Shown: positions 51,815 to 63,410 of the stretch, piece by piece | Numbering within the stretch: the stretch's first letter is position 1 | Layout of the letters: the number at the start of each line of letters is the position of its first letter | Assembly: GCF_006345805.1 (NCBI RefSeq) | Contig: NW_021831986.1 | Span: 151,273 to 215,272 of the forward strand | Origin: Octopus sinensis | Lineage: Eukaryota | Reading direction: 5' to 3' | Length of the DNA: 64,000 nt | The notes under the pieces: generated by a model | Told to the model about the DNA's origin: nothing | Seen by the model: only the letters and a program-made list of their open reading frames with translations | Databases searched by the model: none | Position numbers and translations under genes: made by a program

Positions 51815-54800
51815 TAGTTTTATTTTTATAGCGTGCTTTCACTTCACTACCGAGCACAGCTCTGTGTGCCTTGGGTATGTGCTGTGATTTGTTGTGATGC
51901 TCTGATGGTTATTGTATGGAAAGTGTTCTGCGTAGGATGTGTGCAGTGCCTAGTAGTGCAATTTTCTGTATGTTATATGTGTTTGTAAGTCCTGGTGTTT
52001 TTGTTATGTATTTGTCTGAATATTTTTTTATCATGCCTAATGCACCTACTATGATAGGAATTGTTTCTGTTTTCAGATTCCACATTCTGGTTACCTCTAT
52101 TTCCAGGTCTTTGTATTTTGAGAGTTTCTCCATTTCTTTTAGAGACACGTTGTCATCAGCCGGTATTGATACATCAATTAGAAAGCATTTTTTTTCTTCA
52201 TGATCTCTGACAACTATATCTGGTCTGTTGGCCTTAATTTCTCTATCTGTGTGTATCGGCATATCCCAGAGTATGGTTGCTTTCTCGTTTTCTGTGACCT
52301 TTTCTGGTGTGTGCCTATACCATCTTTTTTCTGTTGTTATTCCATAATGTTGGCATAGCTTCCAATGTATGTAGGTTCCAACTGTCATGTCTGTGAATAT
52401 ATTCCTTCTTAGCCAGGACTGGGCAGCTAGAGATAATATGATTTATTGTTTCTTGTCCATCTCCACATATTCTGCAGTTACTTGTAATATTTCTTTTCAT
52501 TACATGCTTTTGGTAATTTCTGGTGGGGAGGCTTTGGTCTTGTGCTGCAATTAAAAATCCCTGTTTCTGCTTTGAGTCCTGAGCTTCTCAACCATTGCTG
52601 GGATTTGTCTTTGTCTATTTCTTTTGCGTTTAGTTTAGTGCAGTATTTACCATGAAGGGGCTTTTCTTGCCATCGTTTTATCATGGCTCGTTGCTGTTCT
52701 ATTTTTAGTTTGGATTTCATTTGTTTTATAGCTTTTGTTGTTTCTTCATCTTCTTCTTCTTCTCCATGTTTATTAGGTGGTATGATTTCTTGTTTGTATT
52801 TGTCAGCTTCCTTAAATACTGAGAACTGTTTTTTGTTTTGCTCGTGTTTTGCCGCTATCTGGATCAGTTTTCCTTCCTTCTGAAGTAGATATTTTTGCAG
52901 TCCTATGGTGGTTATTTTATAGTAGTTTTCCAGCTGTATAAGGCCTCTACCACCTTCTATACGTTGTATATATAGTCTTTCTATGTCAGATTTTGGGTGA
53001 TGCATCCTAGATCCTGTCATTATTTTTCTTGTTTTCCTATCTATTTTGGTCAGTTCATTTCGTGTCCAGTTAAGGATGTTGTAGCTGTAACTTATAACTG
53101 GGACAGCTAAAGTGTTGATACCTATTATCTTGTTTTTAGCATTGAGCTCTGTGTTTAGTATTGATCTAACTCGTCTATAATATTCTTTTTTTATTTTCTC
53201 TTTCATTTGTGTGTGTTGTGTCTTATCTAGTTCATGGATTCCTAAGTATTTGTAAGTTTGGCTTTGGTCTAATTCTTTTATTTCATTGGTTTTATCTAGT
53301 GTGATGTTGTTACTCTTAACTAGTTTTCCTCTTTTCAGGGTTACTTTGGCGCATTTTTCTAATCCAAATTTCATATCTATTTCTTTGGTAAATCCATGAA
53401 CTGTCTTTAATAGTGTTTCCAGCTGTTTGTCATTTGCAGCGTATAGTTTTAGGTCATCCATATATAAAAGGTGGCTGATCGTTTTGCCGTAACATTTATA
53501 TCCGCATCCAGTTCTATTTAGGTGACAGTGCCAAGCAGAAAAGGAGTGGAGAGAGCGTGTCTCCCTGGAATATTCCTCTTCTAATGGGGATGTCTTTGGT
53601 TTTTATGAGTCCCTCTTTTCTTTGGAGGTGTAGGACTGTTTGCCATTTATTCATAGAGTGCTCTATGAATTTTATGATTGTTGGTGCTACTTTGTTAATG
53701 GCTAGTGTTTCGAGGATCCATGTGTGGGGGATGCTATCAAACGCCTTTTTGTAGTCAATCCAGGCCATACTGAGGCCTTTCTTCTTTCTGTGGCTGTCTT
53801 CAGTTATGGCTTTATTAATCATTAGTTGATCTTTACAGCCATACGAGCCTTTGCGGCATCCTTTCTATTCTTCTGGGAACAGTTTGTTTTCGTCCAGGTG
53901 CTTGTTCAGCCTTTGTGATATCACTGCAGTAAATGCCTTGAACATAGTAGGGAGGCAGGTTATTGGTCTGTAGTTTTCTGGTTTTTCTGTTTCATTTGAT
54001 TTGGGAATTAAGATGGTTTTCCCCTTCGTGAGCCATTCAGGCATTGTCTCTGGCTCTGCTAGTACTTTGTTAAAGTTTTCAGCCAGCTTTTTGTGCATTC
54101 CTGTTAGATATTTCAACCAGAAGTTGGGGATCTTGTCATGCCCAGGTACCTTCCAGTTGCTTAGTCTTTGCAGTGCCTGGGTGACCTCTTCAGTTGTTAT
54201 GTGGGTCCAAAGTTGTTCAGATACCGAGTTTGTTATTTTGATACTCCTTTTTTTTGGTGGTTCGTTCGCCGACCATATTTCTCCCCAGAATTCTTCCAAT
54301 TCTTCTGCCGTTGGTGCTGCAGTGACTTCTATTTTATTTTTTCCCAGTTCTTGGTAGTACTTTTTGGGGTTAGAGTTGAACTTTTTGTTTTCTTCAAAGA
54401 AGCGTTGGCGTTTCTTGTACCGGCGGATCCTTTGTGCTTTGGCAAGGATATCTTGCTTCAGCTTTTCTTTTATTTCAGGCAAATCTTTTTCTGTGATGTT
54501 ATATTTGCGGAGTATTTTTGTTCTCTTTTTGTTGCTCAGTAGCGTTGATTGTTTGCTGATTTCATTAAGAATCGACAGGTCTCTTCTAATTTTTTTTATT
54601 TTGCTTTGGATGTTATTTATCCACAGGATTTGTTTGGGTGGTGGTACTCCTGTTTGGGCGGGTCTGGGTGAGTATCCAGCTTCTTTTGTGGCTGCAGTGG
54701 CTGCTGCGTATATTAGGTTATTTAGCTCAGTGATATCAATTTTTTTTGATTCAGTGGCTATCAGTTCAGTGACGGCTAGGTTTATGTTGTTTATAATAGG

Positions 54801-55883
54801 TGTTGTTATTTTGTTTATTTTGATTCTTGGGAGGTATGGTCGGTGGTCCATTTTGAGCTCTGTGGTTTTCAGTTCTTTGATTATTTTATTTTTTATATTA
54901 TCATAATCATTAGGCTCCCCTTCGTTGTTTACATCGTGTTTGTTGGGAATGTTGCGTTTGTCTTCGTGTTTTACAGTTTCAGTGTTTATATTATTGGGCA
55001 TTGTTGTGTGGCTTCTATCTACATTTTCCTGGTGTATGTTTTCTTTTAGGTGTTCTATTTCTATTTCTGATTTTTTTTTGTGTTGCGAATGTATCTTCGT
55101 ACGTTAGCTAATTTATTAGGGTTCATTGCTGTATCCAAGTCTGTATCTCTATTATTTTCCTTCCATATTTTATATGTATGTGTTGTTGTATTTTCATTTT
55201 TTGGGTAGAGTACTGCTGTGAAGTATGCGTGTAAGATAGAAATGTATTCCTCACGTGTCCATTTACGTCTTTTGGGTTTTATTTGCGGGACATGAGGTAC
55301 AACGTCCGGCCCATTATTTTGACGGTCGTCATTTTCGTAGGGTACCGGTCCGTTTATTTCTGTTGTCACATTATTTCGCACGTGTAGTTTTTCGTACATT
55401 TTTTGTTGTAAGTTTAATGTACGTACCGCTCGATTGTTATTCTTGGGTTGAATAGTATCGGTGGCATTTAATTTCTTCGTAGTTCCTTTGTACATGGTGT
55501 TTGGGGTCGGAGATGATCGTGATGTTCCACGCATGTTTACATGTGTTGCGTTAGAGGCGGAGATGATATCGAGTCAAAATACATCATTTCGTTTCGAAAA
55601 TAGTAATAAATTTCAATTAGTATTACTTACTCGGATACAGTCCAATTCTTTGTTAGTAAAACTTTGGCTCCATAGGATGTCTTTGATTTCGATGTTTGTG
55701 GATAGATTTCGGAGCTCTGAATTTTCCTTCTTACATCTTAAACGTCCCCGGTGTTCTCCTCCTTAAACGTCCCTGGTGTTCTCCTCTTAAACGTCCCCGG
55801 TGTTCTCCTCTTAAACGTCCCCGGTGTTCTCCTCTTAAACGTCCCCGGTGTTCTCCTCTTAAACGTCCCCGGTGTTCTCCTCC
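51812..55883 (-). mobile_element. Family A copy A4, full-length (about 4.07 kb), degenerate
   Basis: ORF pieces 55061..55534, 53865..55001, 53514..53822, 52478..53461 and 51909..52388 give Myb-like, RT, CCHC and REL (PD..D..K) domains. Nonsense CAG>TAG at 53865 and a short deletion near 53520. (TAA)n at both ends. Confidence 0.94.
55737..55881 (-). repeat. Six tandem copies of the family A 5'-terminal 24-mer AGGAGAACACCGGGGACGTTTAAG
   Basis: On the plus strand, units start at 55737, 55762, 55786, 55810, 55834 and 55858. One unit has a single substitution. Confidence 0.97.
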
Positions 55884-55948
<65 letters not shown>

Positions 55949-56042
55949 ATATTATAATAATAATAATGTAATTTATTATTATTATTTTTATTATTATTAT
56001 TATTATTATTTTTATTATTTTATTATTATATAATAATATAAT

Positions 56043-56106
<64 letters not shown>

Positions 56107-56111
56107 GTAAT

Positions 56112-57375
56112 GAGGGAGGCCGTGGTCTTTTGCAACTGGCAATTACAATGAAGATTGCTACAATTGGCCTAGACGCCTACCTGAAAAACTCTGAGGCCTG
56201 GATGTTAAAACTTGTCTCAAAACATGAAAACAAGAAAGCATCATACTCAGTCACAAAACAAGCAAGGAATATCTAAGTGAATTCCGAATACACCAATTTC
56301 GGAATTAGAGATAATATACAAACACAAGCACAGAAAAAGCTAGGCGCATGAAAACCCGTGCCAAAACTGCGGCCTTAGATATTCTGAATAATAAATGGCA
56401 AGAAAAACCTCTCTATGGCAAATACCCAAAGAGAGCGAATAATGCAGATATCGACAAAGCCCTGACCCATCAATGGCTAATGGCCTCTGGCTTAAAATCT
56501 GAAACAGAGGGGTTTATCATAGCAGCTCAAGATCAATGCCTACCAACAAGAAACTACCAGGCTAACATATTAAAGATCAGAAGCAGTCCAACGTGTCGTG
56601 TATGCAAGCAACAAAATGAAACCATTGACCATGTGGTCTCCAAGTGCAGTCTTCTAGCGCCTACAGAGATCTCAACAGGCACGATAGAGCTGCACAATAT
56701 ATTCACTGGGTAATCTGTAAAAACCTGGATTTGCCCCATGAAAAAAACTGGTGGGACACAAACCACCCCCAGTGCTTGAAAATGACCACATCTCACTCTC
56801 TGGAACTTCACCATTCAAACTGACAGGAAGATAGATGCAAATAGGCCAGACATCATATTGAAAGACTTCAAACAAAGAACATGCCTCCTCATTGATATGA
56901 CTGTCCCAATCGATATAAACGTATCTGTCAGACCTACCAAAAACTGAGCAAATATAAAGATCTTGAAATAGAAATCAGCAAAATGTGGAAGCTGAAGACT
57001 AAAAACAATACCTGTTGTCATAGGTGCCCTGGGAATGATAGCAAAAGGGGCTGATAGCTACCTAACTCAGATACCAGCAAACCCCAAAATGGCAGAAGTT
57101 CAAAAGATAGTGCTCATGGGAACTGCTCATATCCTACGCAAAATACTCTCTATGTAATCTCAAGGTTTAAAACAAACATAATTTTCGGTTTAAAAAAAAA
57201 AAAAAAAAAAAACCTTTTTTTTTTTAGACATTCATTAGTACAACATCCCCACCCCCCAAATATATGGCACACTAGGCATAACAACAACATGAACGTCCAA
57301 CCCTGTTGTCTCTTGAGGTCTCTGGGTGAGACTTGGAGCCAACTTGTACAAATATAAAGCAAAAGTCAAACATAG
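56112..57375 (+). mobile_element. Family C 5'-truncated copy, plus strand
   Basis: Starts at EGGRGLLQL. ORF 56348..56713. Homologous to the reverse complement of about 8881-10050. (TAA)n on both sides. Confidence 0.92.
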
Positions 57376-57626
57376 AATAATAATAATAATAGTAGTAGCA
57401 ATAGTGGCAATGGTAATAGTAATGATAGTAATATTAATGGCATTTTGTAACTTAACATAATGAATTATTGACTTTCTATATCTGCATTTGAATATAGATA
57501 TGAATATGTTTCTATATCGTAATATTCTAATATATTGTTGTGACTAACTGTAACCTTGAATATAGAACATATGTATGTGTATTGTTGTATATTATTATTA
57601 TTATTATTATTATTATCATCATCATT

Positions 57627-57698
<72 letters not shown>

Positions 57699-57857
57699 AT
57701 ATTGTATATATGTCTATATATTGTATATATATATAGGAGTATGGATATATGCACTCATATGTATGTGTATATTATATTATATATTATGGGTATGTACCCA
57801 CTATTGTATGGGTGTACCTCCTCTGATTTTCATATTTAATTTAGTTTGTTCTTCATA

Positions 57858-57984
57858 ATCTCTGAAGAGGCCTTGGGATATTTTTGTAAGTGTCTCATTT
57901 ATAACTACATATTAACCTATCGCACATGGCTAATATGAGCATAATAAGGCACCCATATCTGCATGGCTTAAACAGCTGTAAGAT
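57858..57984 (+). ncRNA. Degenerate hammerhead-like motif (G12>U, very long loop II)
   Basis: ATCT-CTGAAGA-GGCC...TGGCT-TAAA-C-AGCT-G-TA-AGAT. Stem I and the palindromic stem III loop are retained, but GAAA reads TAAA. Confidence 0.45.
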
Positions 57985-58370
57985 GTTTATATTTATACTT
58001 ATATTTGTATTTATTTATATTCACTTATACATACTGTACTTATCGTATCATATTACTCTTTCATGTACATTGTTTTGTTCTATATTATTATGTTTGACCT
58101 TAATGTTCATATGTAGTGGTTTAATAAATTATGTGATTGGGTATTATCTGGTAGTTGATCACTGATTAAGATGTATTTCTCCATTTTCTTATTTTGTATT
58201 ATTAATTTGTGGTAAAACATTTTACCTTCCCATATAATACAGTAAATGAATTAACTGCATCGCAGTTCTTAACATTTATGTATTAACTTTGTTGGGTGCT
58301 TCACTAGCAGTATATTGGATATATGTTATCTCATGGAGGGTTGCACTTACAACCCCTATCTCAATTTGAA

Positions 58371-58402
<32 letters not shown>

Positions 58403-58424
58403 CATATATATACACATATATATA

Positions 58425-58471
<47 letters not shown>

Positions 58472-58709
58472 TTATATATAATATATATATATATATATAT
58501 AATGTGAAATAGAAAGATGAATAATCTTGTTGCAGATTAATCAAAAGTTTAATCGATACCTTGGTAGCAAAAATCACAGCAGAAGACAGCACGGTTGGAG
58601 GTACAACCATATGGTGTTGCAACCGTGCGTTGGTGCGGATAATTGAATTTTAATATTATTAGTGAATTTAAGAAATGGAGTTGAACGAAGATTGAACAGA
58701 AATCGTTTT

Positions 58710-58800
58710 ATTTCATTCTACACGTGTTTCGAAAGGCACAATTTACCAAATTCCGATTGAATAATGAGACCATATTGTGCCTTTCTCTTCAGGAAGAAAT
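58710..58800 (-). ncRNA. Type I minimal hammerhead ribozyme (GUA triplet)
   Basis: The minus strand reads ATTTCTTC-CTGAAGA-GAAAGGCACAAT(loop)ATTGTGCCTTTC-GAAA-C-ACGT-G-TA-GAATGAAAT, with a perfect 12-bp stem II. Confidence 0.88.
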
Positions 58801-59450
58801 AGGAAATCCGTTGGAAAAAACAAAAACAGAACAGAGGCGGAGCAAAACAAATCGAACTAGGCTCCTAAGAGCCCATGGCCAAACTGTTTATCAGTGTATG
58901 TTGAAAACTGGTGGTGTGTGCGTTGAAGATTTTAACGGGTCAGGCAGGTGGGTGAGGGTACGGGGTGTGTAGATGTTCTTTGTGACCGAGAGTAAAGTTC
59001 TGACTATTTAAAGAATATTAGATGTATTATATGGGGGGAGAAAAATCTACTTAGAGACATGTGTGTGTTTACTGTTCTATATATGTGTGCGGGCGCGAGT
59101 TGATAAGAAGCGCTACATTCTGGTCAGTGCTGAGAAATCCGTCAAGGGGTAGAAAACATTTTATGTGTACGTGTGTGCGTTTGATCGCGCGGCTGTCAGT
59201 TGGTAAACAGCTCTACCCAATGGTCACTGCTGTAGAATCCGTCGGACGGCAGAAAAAAATATTTTATGTGTGCGTGTGTTCGTCTAATCATGCCTTGTCA
59301 AAGAAACCCCCCGTCGTCAAAAACAAAGCCCCATTCATCTCACAGGAGTAATTCCCCTTGCAATGGTTAATCATATTTCTCTTGAAGGCTTTTTCAGAAT
59401 TTATTACCAAGGGACTATTTTCATATAAGTAGTGTAACCGGGTGCAGGTA

Positions 59451-60200
59451 TTATTTATAGGCAAGATAAGTATAACGCCGCCAATGGGGGCATCGAAAAG
59501 CCGACTGTAAAAGTCCGTTTACCATCCGGTCTCTGGCGAACAATATATGGAAGAGTTCGGAGACACAAAGGTTGCACTTCCTTCTGCCCCTATCAAATGG
59601 GAGGGCCACCGACAAAATTGACCATTCCAGCCTGTAGCTTGAGTTCGTATTCTCCAATCGCCATATTAGCTTGCTAAGTCCCGTGGTCTGGCGTTTATTC
59701 CAGTCTCGAAAAGTTGCGTAATGGTTGGAGATTCGTAAAGCCAATCTTGACGATGAGGCCCCGACATAGGCGTAGACATCTGAGTCCGTGTAAACCTTGC
59801 ATTGGTAGACGGCGTTTCTGATCTTGGAGTTCGCCGACGTGAATCTTATTCTGCTAGGATTAGTTTCTGAAATTAGAACTGCTTTACTGTCACTATATTT
59901 GTTGCGAGAACTGCAGCCGCTTACTACTTTATTTTCCACTACGTCACTATTAACTAACGGAATAACCCCTGATTCTCCACTATCTATCAGAGTGCTGTCA
60001 TTGCTAGTGCCCGTGGTGCTGCTATTGCCGGAAACGATGCTGGGGTTGCTATTGGGACTCTCTACCCTAATGAGCCGAGCTGCGCTCACCTCACTACTGC
60101 CATTGTTACCGTCAGTTACAACACCCCTATTTATAACTATACCCCTAGTATATAATCCCTGGTTGGAGCTGAGATTATGAGTCACTGTACTGGCTCTCAT
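59451..60200 (-). CDS. Low-complexity S/N/G linker plus GIY-YIG endonuclease of a Penelope-like element
   Basis: AVYQC...YAYVGASS..LALRISNHYATF...LSKLIWRL...WSIL...KCNLCVSELFHIL...CPH. Confidence 0.82.
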   Translation of the reverse strand: MRASTVTHNLSSNQGLYTRGIVINRGVVTDGNNGSSEVSAARLIRVESPNSNPSIVSGNSSTTGTSNDSTLIDSGESGVIPLVNSDVVENKVVSGCSSRNKYSDSKAVLISETNPSRIRFTSANSKIRNAVYQCKVYTDSDVYAYVGASSSRLALRISNHYATFRDWNKRQTTGLSKLIWRLENTNSSYRLEWSILSVALPFDRGRRKCNLCVSELFHILFARDRMVNGLLQSAFRCPHWRRYTYLAYK

Positions 60201-60669
60201 ATCATTATTACTACTATTATTATTCTACTGAGCATTAAACCGGGAGCGGAAGAAGCGTGCCTCCGGAAAAAGGTGATAGGGTCTTAGTAAGCCTATTATT
60301 ATGGGAGGCGATTATCTTGGCGAGGTTTTTAGTGTTGGAGAAAGCTATCCTAACTTTATGCGAGTTAACAGTGGAGTAATATTTGGAATTTCTGGGGAAG
60401 TTATTGGCGATGGCTTGTCGAAACATTAGGGGGAGGTTAGTTCTAATCTGCTTACCAAAGGGAATTACAAACCATATATGCTTATTCCTATCTATGTGAT
60501 GGATCGGGACGCCAGCTCTCGCATTCGGGTGGGTGATTCTCGGATGAATAACGGTTTTGGGTTAGTGTGAGATCCCCCGGACCGATAATTATCCTTGTTC
60601 GCTAAATTAAATGCGGGAGCGACTGCCCCAGCACCCGCCGCGCTCCCGTCACTACTTAAATTGTTTATT

Positions 60670-60720
<51 letters not shown>

Positions 60721-60750
60721 CATATATATATATATATATAAATATATCTC

Positions 60751-60884
60751 TACAATAATATGTTACATTACTCAATAGTCAAGATAAAACTCTGAGTTTC
60801 AGATGCCGAAGTGGGAATCCACGACATCTCTTCGGTTATCTGCTATTTTATCTTGACTATTGAGTAAAGTAACATATTATTGTA
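60751..60884 (-). other. 39-bp inverted repeat enclosing a degenerate hammerhead-like core
   Basis: Arms 60751-60789 and 60846-60884 match at 38/39. The minus-strand interior reads AGATAA-CCGAAGA-GATGTCG..CGGCATC-T-GAAA-C-TCAGA-G-TT-TTATCT. Confidence 0.65.
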
Positions 60885-61089
60885 TAGATAAATTTCCTCT
60901 ATTTACATAATATTGAGGTCTCTTTCTTTCTTTTGTTATCTTACCGTTTTACCAATATATATAAATATATATATAAAGTACGGGGGTTTAGTTCACAAAT
61001 CCCCAAAATGCTTTTGTATTTGTCGCACCTAAGCCTTTCTTTTCGGACAGTTTTGTTTGTAAACCCTCAGATTCCATAGTTCGGAATGA

Positions 61090-61270
61090 GTTTTTGCCCT
61101 TTGTTTCAACATGTTCTGTGTCACGTATGAGAAATACGTCTCTGCCACGTCCCGTAACTATTTTGAGGGATACTGGAGGTCTCCAGTTTATGATTTCGAA
61201 GGATATTTTGTCTTTTTTTGATGAGTCGTCAGGGAACTCAGATGTTTTGTTTCAGGGTATAATGCGGCAA
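61090..61270 (+). pseudogene. Gypsy-type aspartic protease remnant
   Basis: RPVTILRDTGGLQFMISKDIL...VLFQG has the retropepsin D-T-G motif in the ILRDTG context seen in Gypsy elements. No other LTR-element domains nearby. Confidence 0.6.
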
Positions 61271-62336
61271 TTCTTCTGCTACTCTCCATTTTCTGAATTT
61301 AACTTCGGATATGATTTCTGGTGAGCTGAGAGTAGGTGTTCTTGACTCTCTCCCATTTCTGGGTGTTTATTTGTTGATCGGAATTGATGTTATGGGGTCC
61401 AATTTGGTGTTGATCCTATTGTCACTATTTCTCCAGGGAGTTCAGGTAATATAGAACAGCTGGAGGATGATTTTCCTGGTATTTTTGCTCCATGTGCAGC
61501 GACTTGTTCGATGTCGAAAGACATTTCTTCCAAGTCTTCTTCGCCGAATAATTCCATTCGTGATTTGACAGGTACTTACTTGGATCATTTTTTAAAAATA
61601 AATTAGAGGTGGATGATGTCTCTTCGATGGGTAGTGACTCTTCAGGTCTTCTTTCTAGAGAGCAGTATATTAGAGCGCAGGATGAGGATGCTGAGTTGCG
61701 GGTGTTAGCCAATATATCTGTCTCTTTCGTGTAGGTTAGCAAGGTACCAGTTCTCTACTACTTTAGGGATCGTGTTAGGATAAGGAAATATAGGCTGATT
61801 CCTATAGGTGTTGTTTGGCTTATTTAATCGAGTGTGTTGTACAGGATTGGAACAGTTTGCAATGATATGAGCAGTTGAATTATTTTGTCTCGTGTGTCTA
61901 TTAGTTTTCGTTGGTAGTTAATTCTTTTGACCAATTCTTCCTGCTCTGTATTCTTTATCTGAATGAGTTCCTGTACCCTGACGTTGTGATACTGTACAAT
62001 GTGTATTACTATTGGAGGAATTACCAGTGTTGTGTATGCCTTCTTCTAGCATTATGATAAGTCAGATTGTCAGTCATGCAAGAGGCTGTAAGGCCACAAA
62101 CACGTGGATAGATTTGCGACCTTAACACAATATTTCATTATAAGTGTTTCATAGTATTTCTCTTCACTTTTTCTTTATTCTTTTTAAATTTTAGAGTCTC
62201 TCATTTTCCATTTCCTTTTTCTTTGTCTGGATTATTAAGGTCAGTGATACGTACAATAAATATTAACATATATACTTTTTGTATTTTGTATAAATATGTA
62301 TGAACACTCATTAATAGGTGGCTTCATTATGCACTT

Positions 62337-62369
<33 letters not shown>

Positions 62370-63361
62370 CTCACACAGACACTCACTCCCTCCCTCCTTC
62401 ACACACTCACTTACTCACACACTGACTCACTCACACACACACACCCCACACACTCACACTCTCTCTGTCTCTAAATCTGATTATTTCTGATTGTCGTTTC
62501 TATTCTTCAAATTCTACAGCATTTCTTATGCATTTTTATGCTTTCCATGCTAATCTTTTCCACGTACATAAATGCTTTCCAAAACAAACAAGCACTTCGT
62601 TTTAGAAGCTTCGAAGAAGCTATAAGCTTATTCCCAAGCACCCATCTCTGCATGCACTGTAACTACTAGAAACTGCAGTGAGCTTATTAAAATGAAATAC
62701 GTAATTCATGTCCTCTAAAAACACACACATACACCCAAACAGAAAGGCATACAATGACACATAAACAAACACACACATGTGATGGTTGCAACTTCATTCC
62801 GAAATATGCCACATTTGTTTACTCAACGAAGCAGGGACGTGTATCTTTTAGTCCTGTTAGGGATCTAACACTTTTGCGCAATCAAAGACATACTAACGAA
62901 GGAGACTTCCTGCTGCAGTTTTTGAGAGACTTACCATCTTCCCTGACTCATACCTTTGTTCTCTCATGAAATTTTCAACTTTGTGTTTTGCCGATCGCAG
63001 GCTATGTGCCTTGTCGTTCGAAGGCTGTGCGTTTTGGCTGCGTCTGAGGAAAAATAGAAGGAGAGAACCTTTGCACATGGCAATTCCGACTCCCTCCCCA
63101 AACAGCCAATACATTCCTGCCAAACAAACAACTATTCTACATCATAAGTATTACATAAGAGAGATGTCACGACAAAAGCAGTTATATCGCACTCCCAGCC
63201 ATTGGAGGGCTGTTGATTCTCCTGTGATCACCCGGCCTTTGAAATAGTTTGCTTTTCGACCTGCAGGGAGTTAAACGAGGGGTGACCACCTTACCAAGTA
63301 CATACATAAATACACACACACACACCACACACACACACACACATACATACATACATATATA

Positions 63362-63410
<49 letters not shown>

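Larger units (their letters stand above)
58660..60660 (-). mobile_element. Penelope-like element 3' fragment (no RT core visible)
   Basis: IWFVIPFGKQIRTNLP*MFRQAIANNFP...RIAFSNTKNLAKIIASHN linker, then the GIY-YIG ORF, about 650 bp of UTR and a hammerhead. Boundaries approximate. Confidence 0.85.

Noticed and set aside
55737-55881. CRISPR-like 24-bp repeats
   Set aside because: The units are contiguous with no spacers, there are no cas genes, and the context is a eukaryotic retrotransposon end.
51812-55883. A4 as an active autonomous copy
   Set aside because: Beyond homopolymer frameshifts that might be errors, it has a CAG>TAG stop at 53865 and a short deletion in the RT near 53520.
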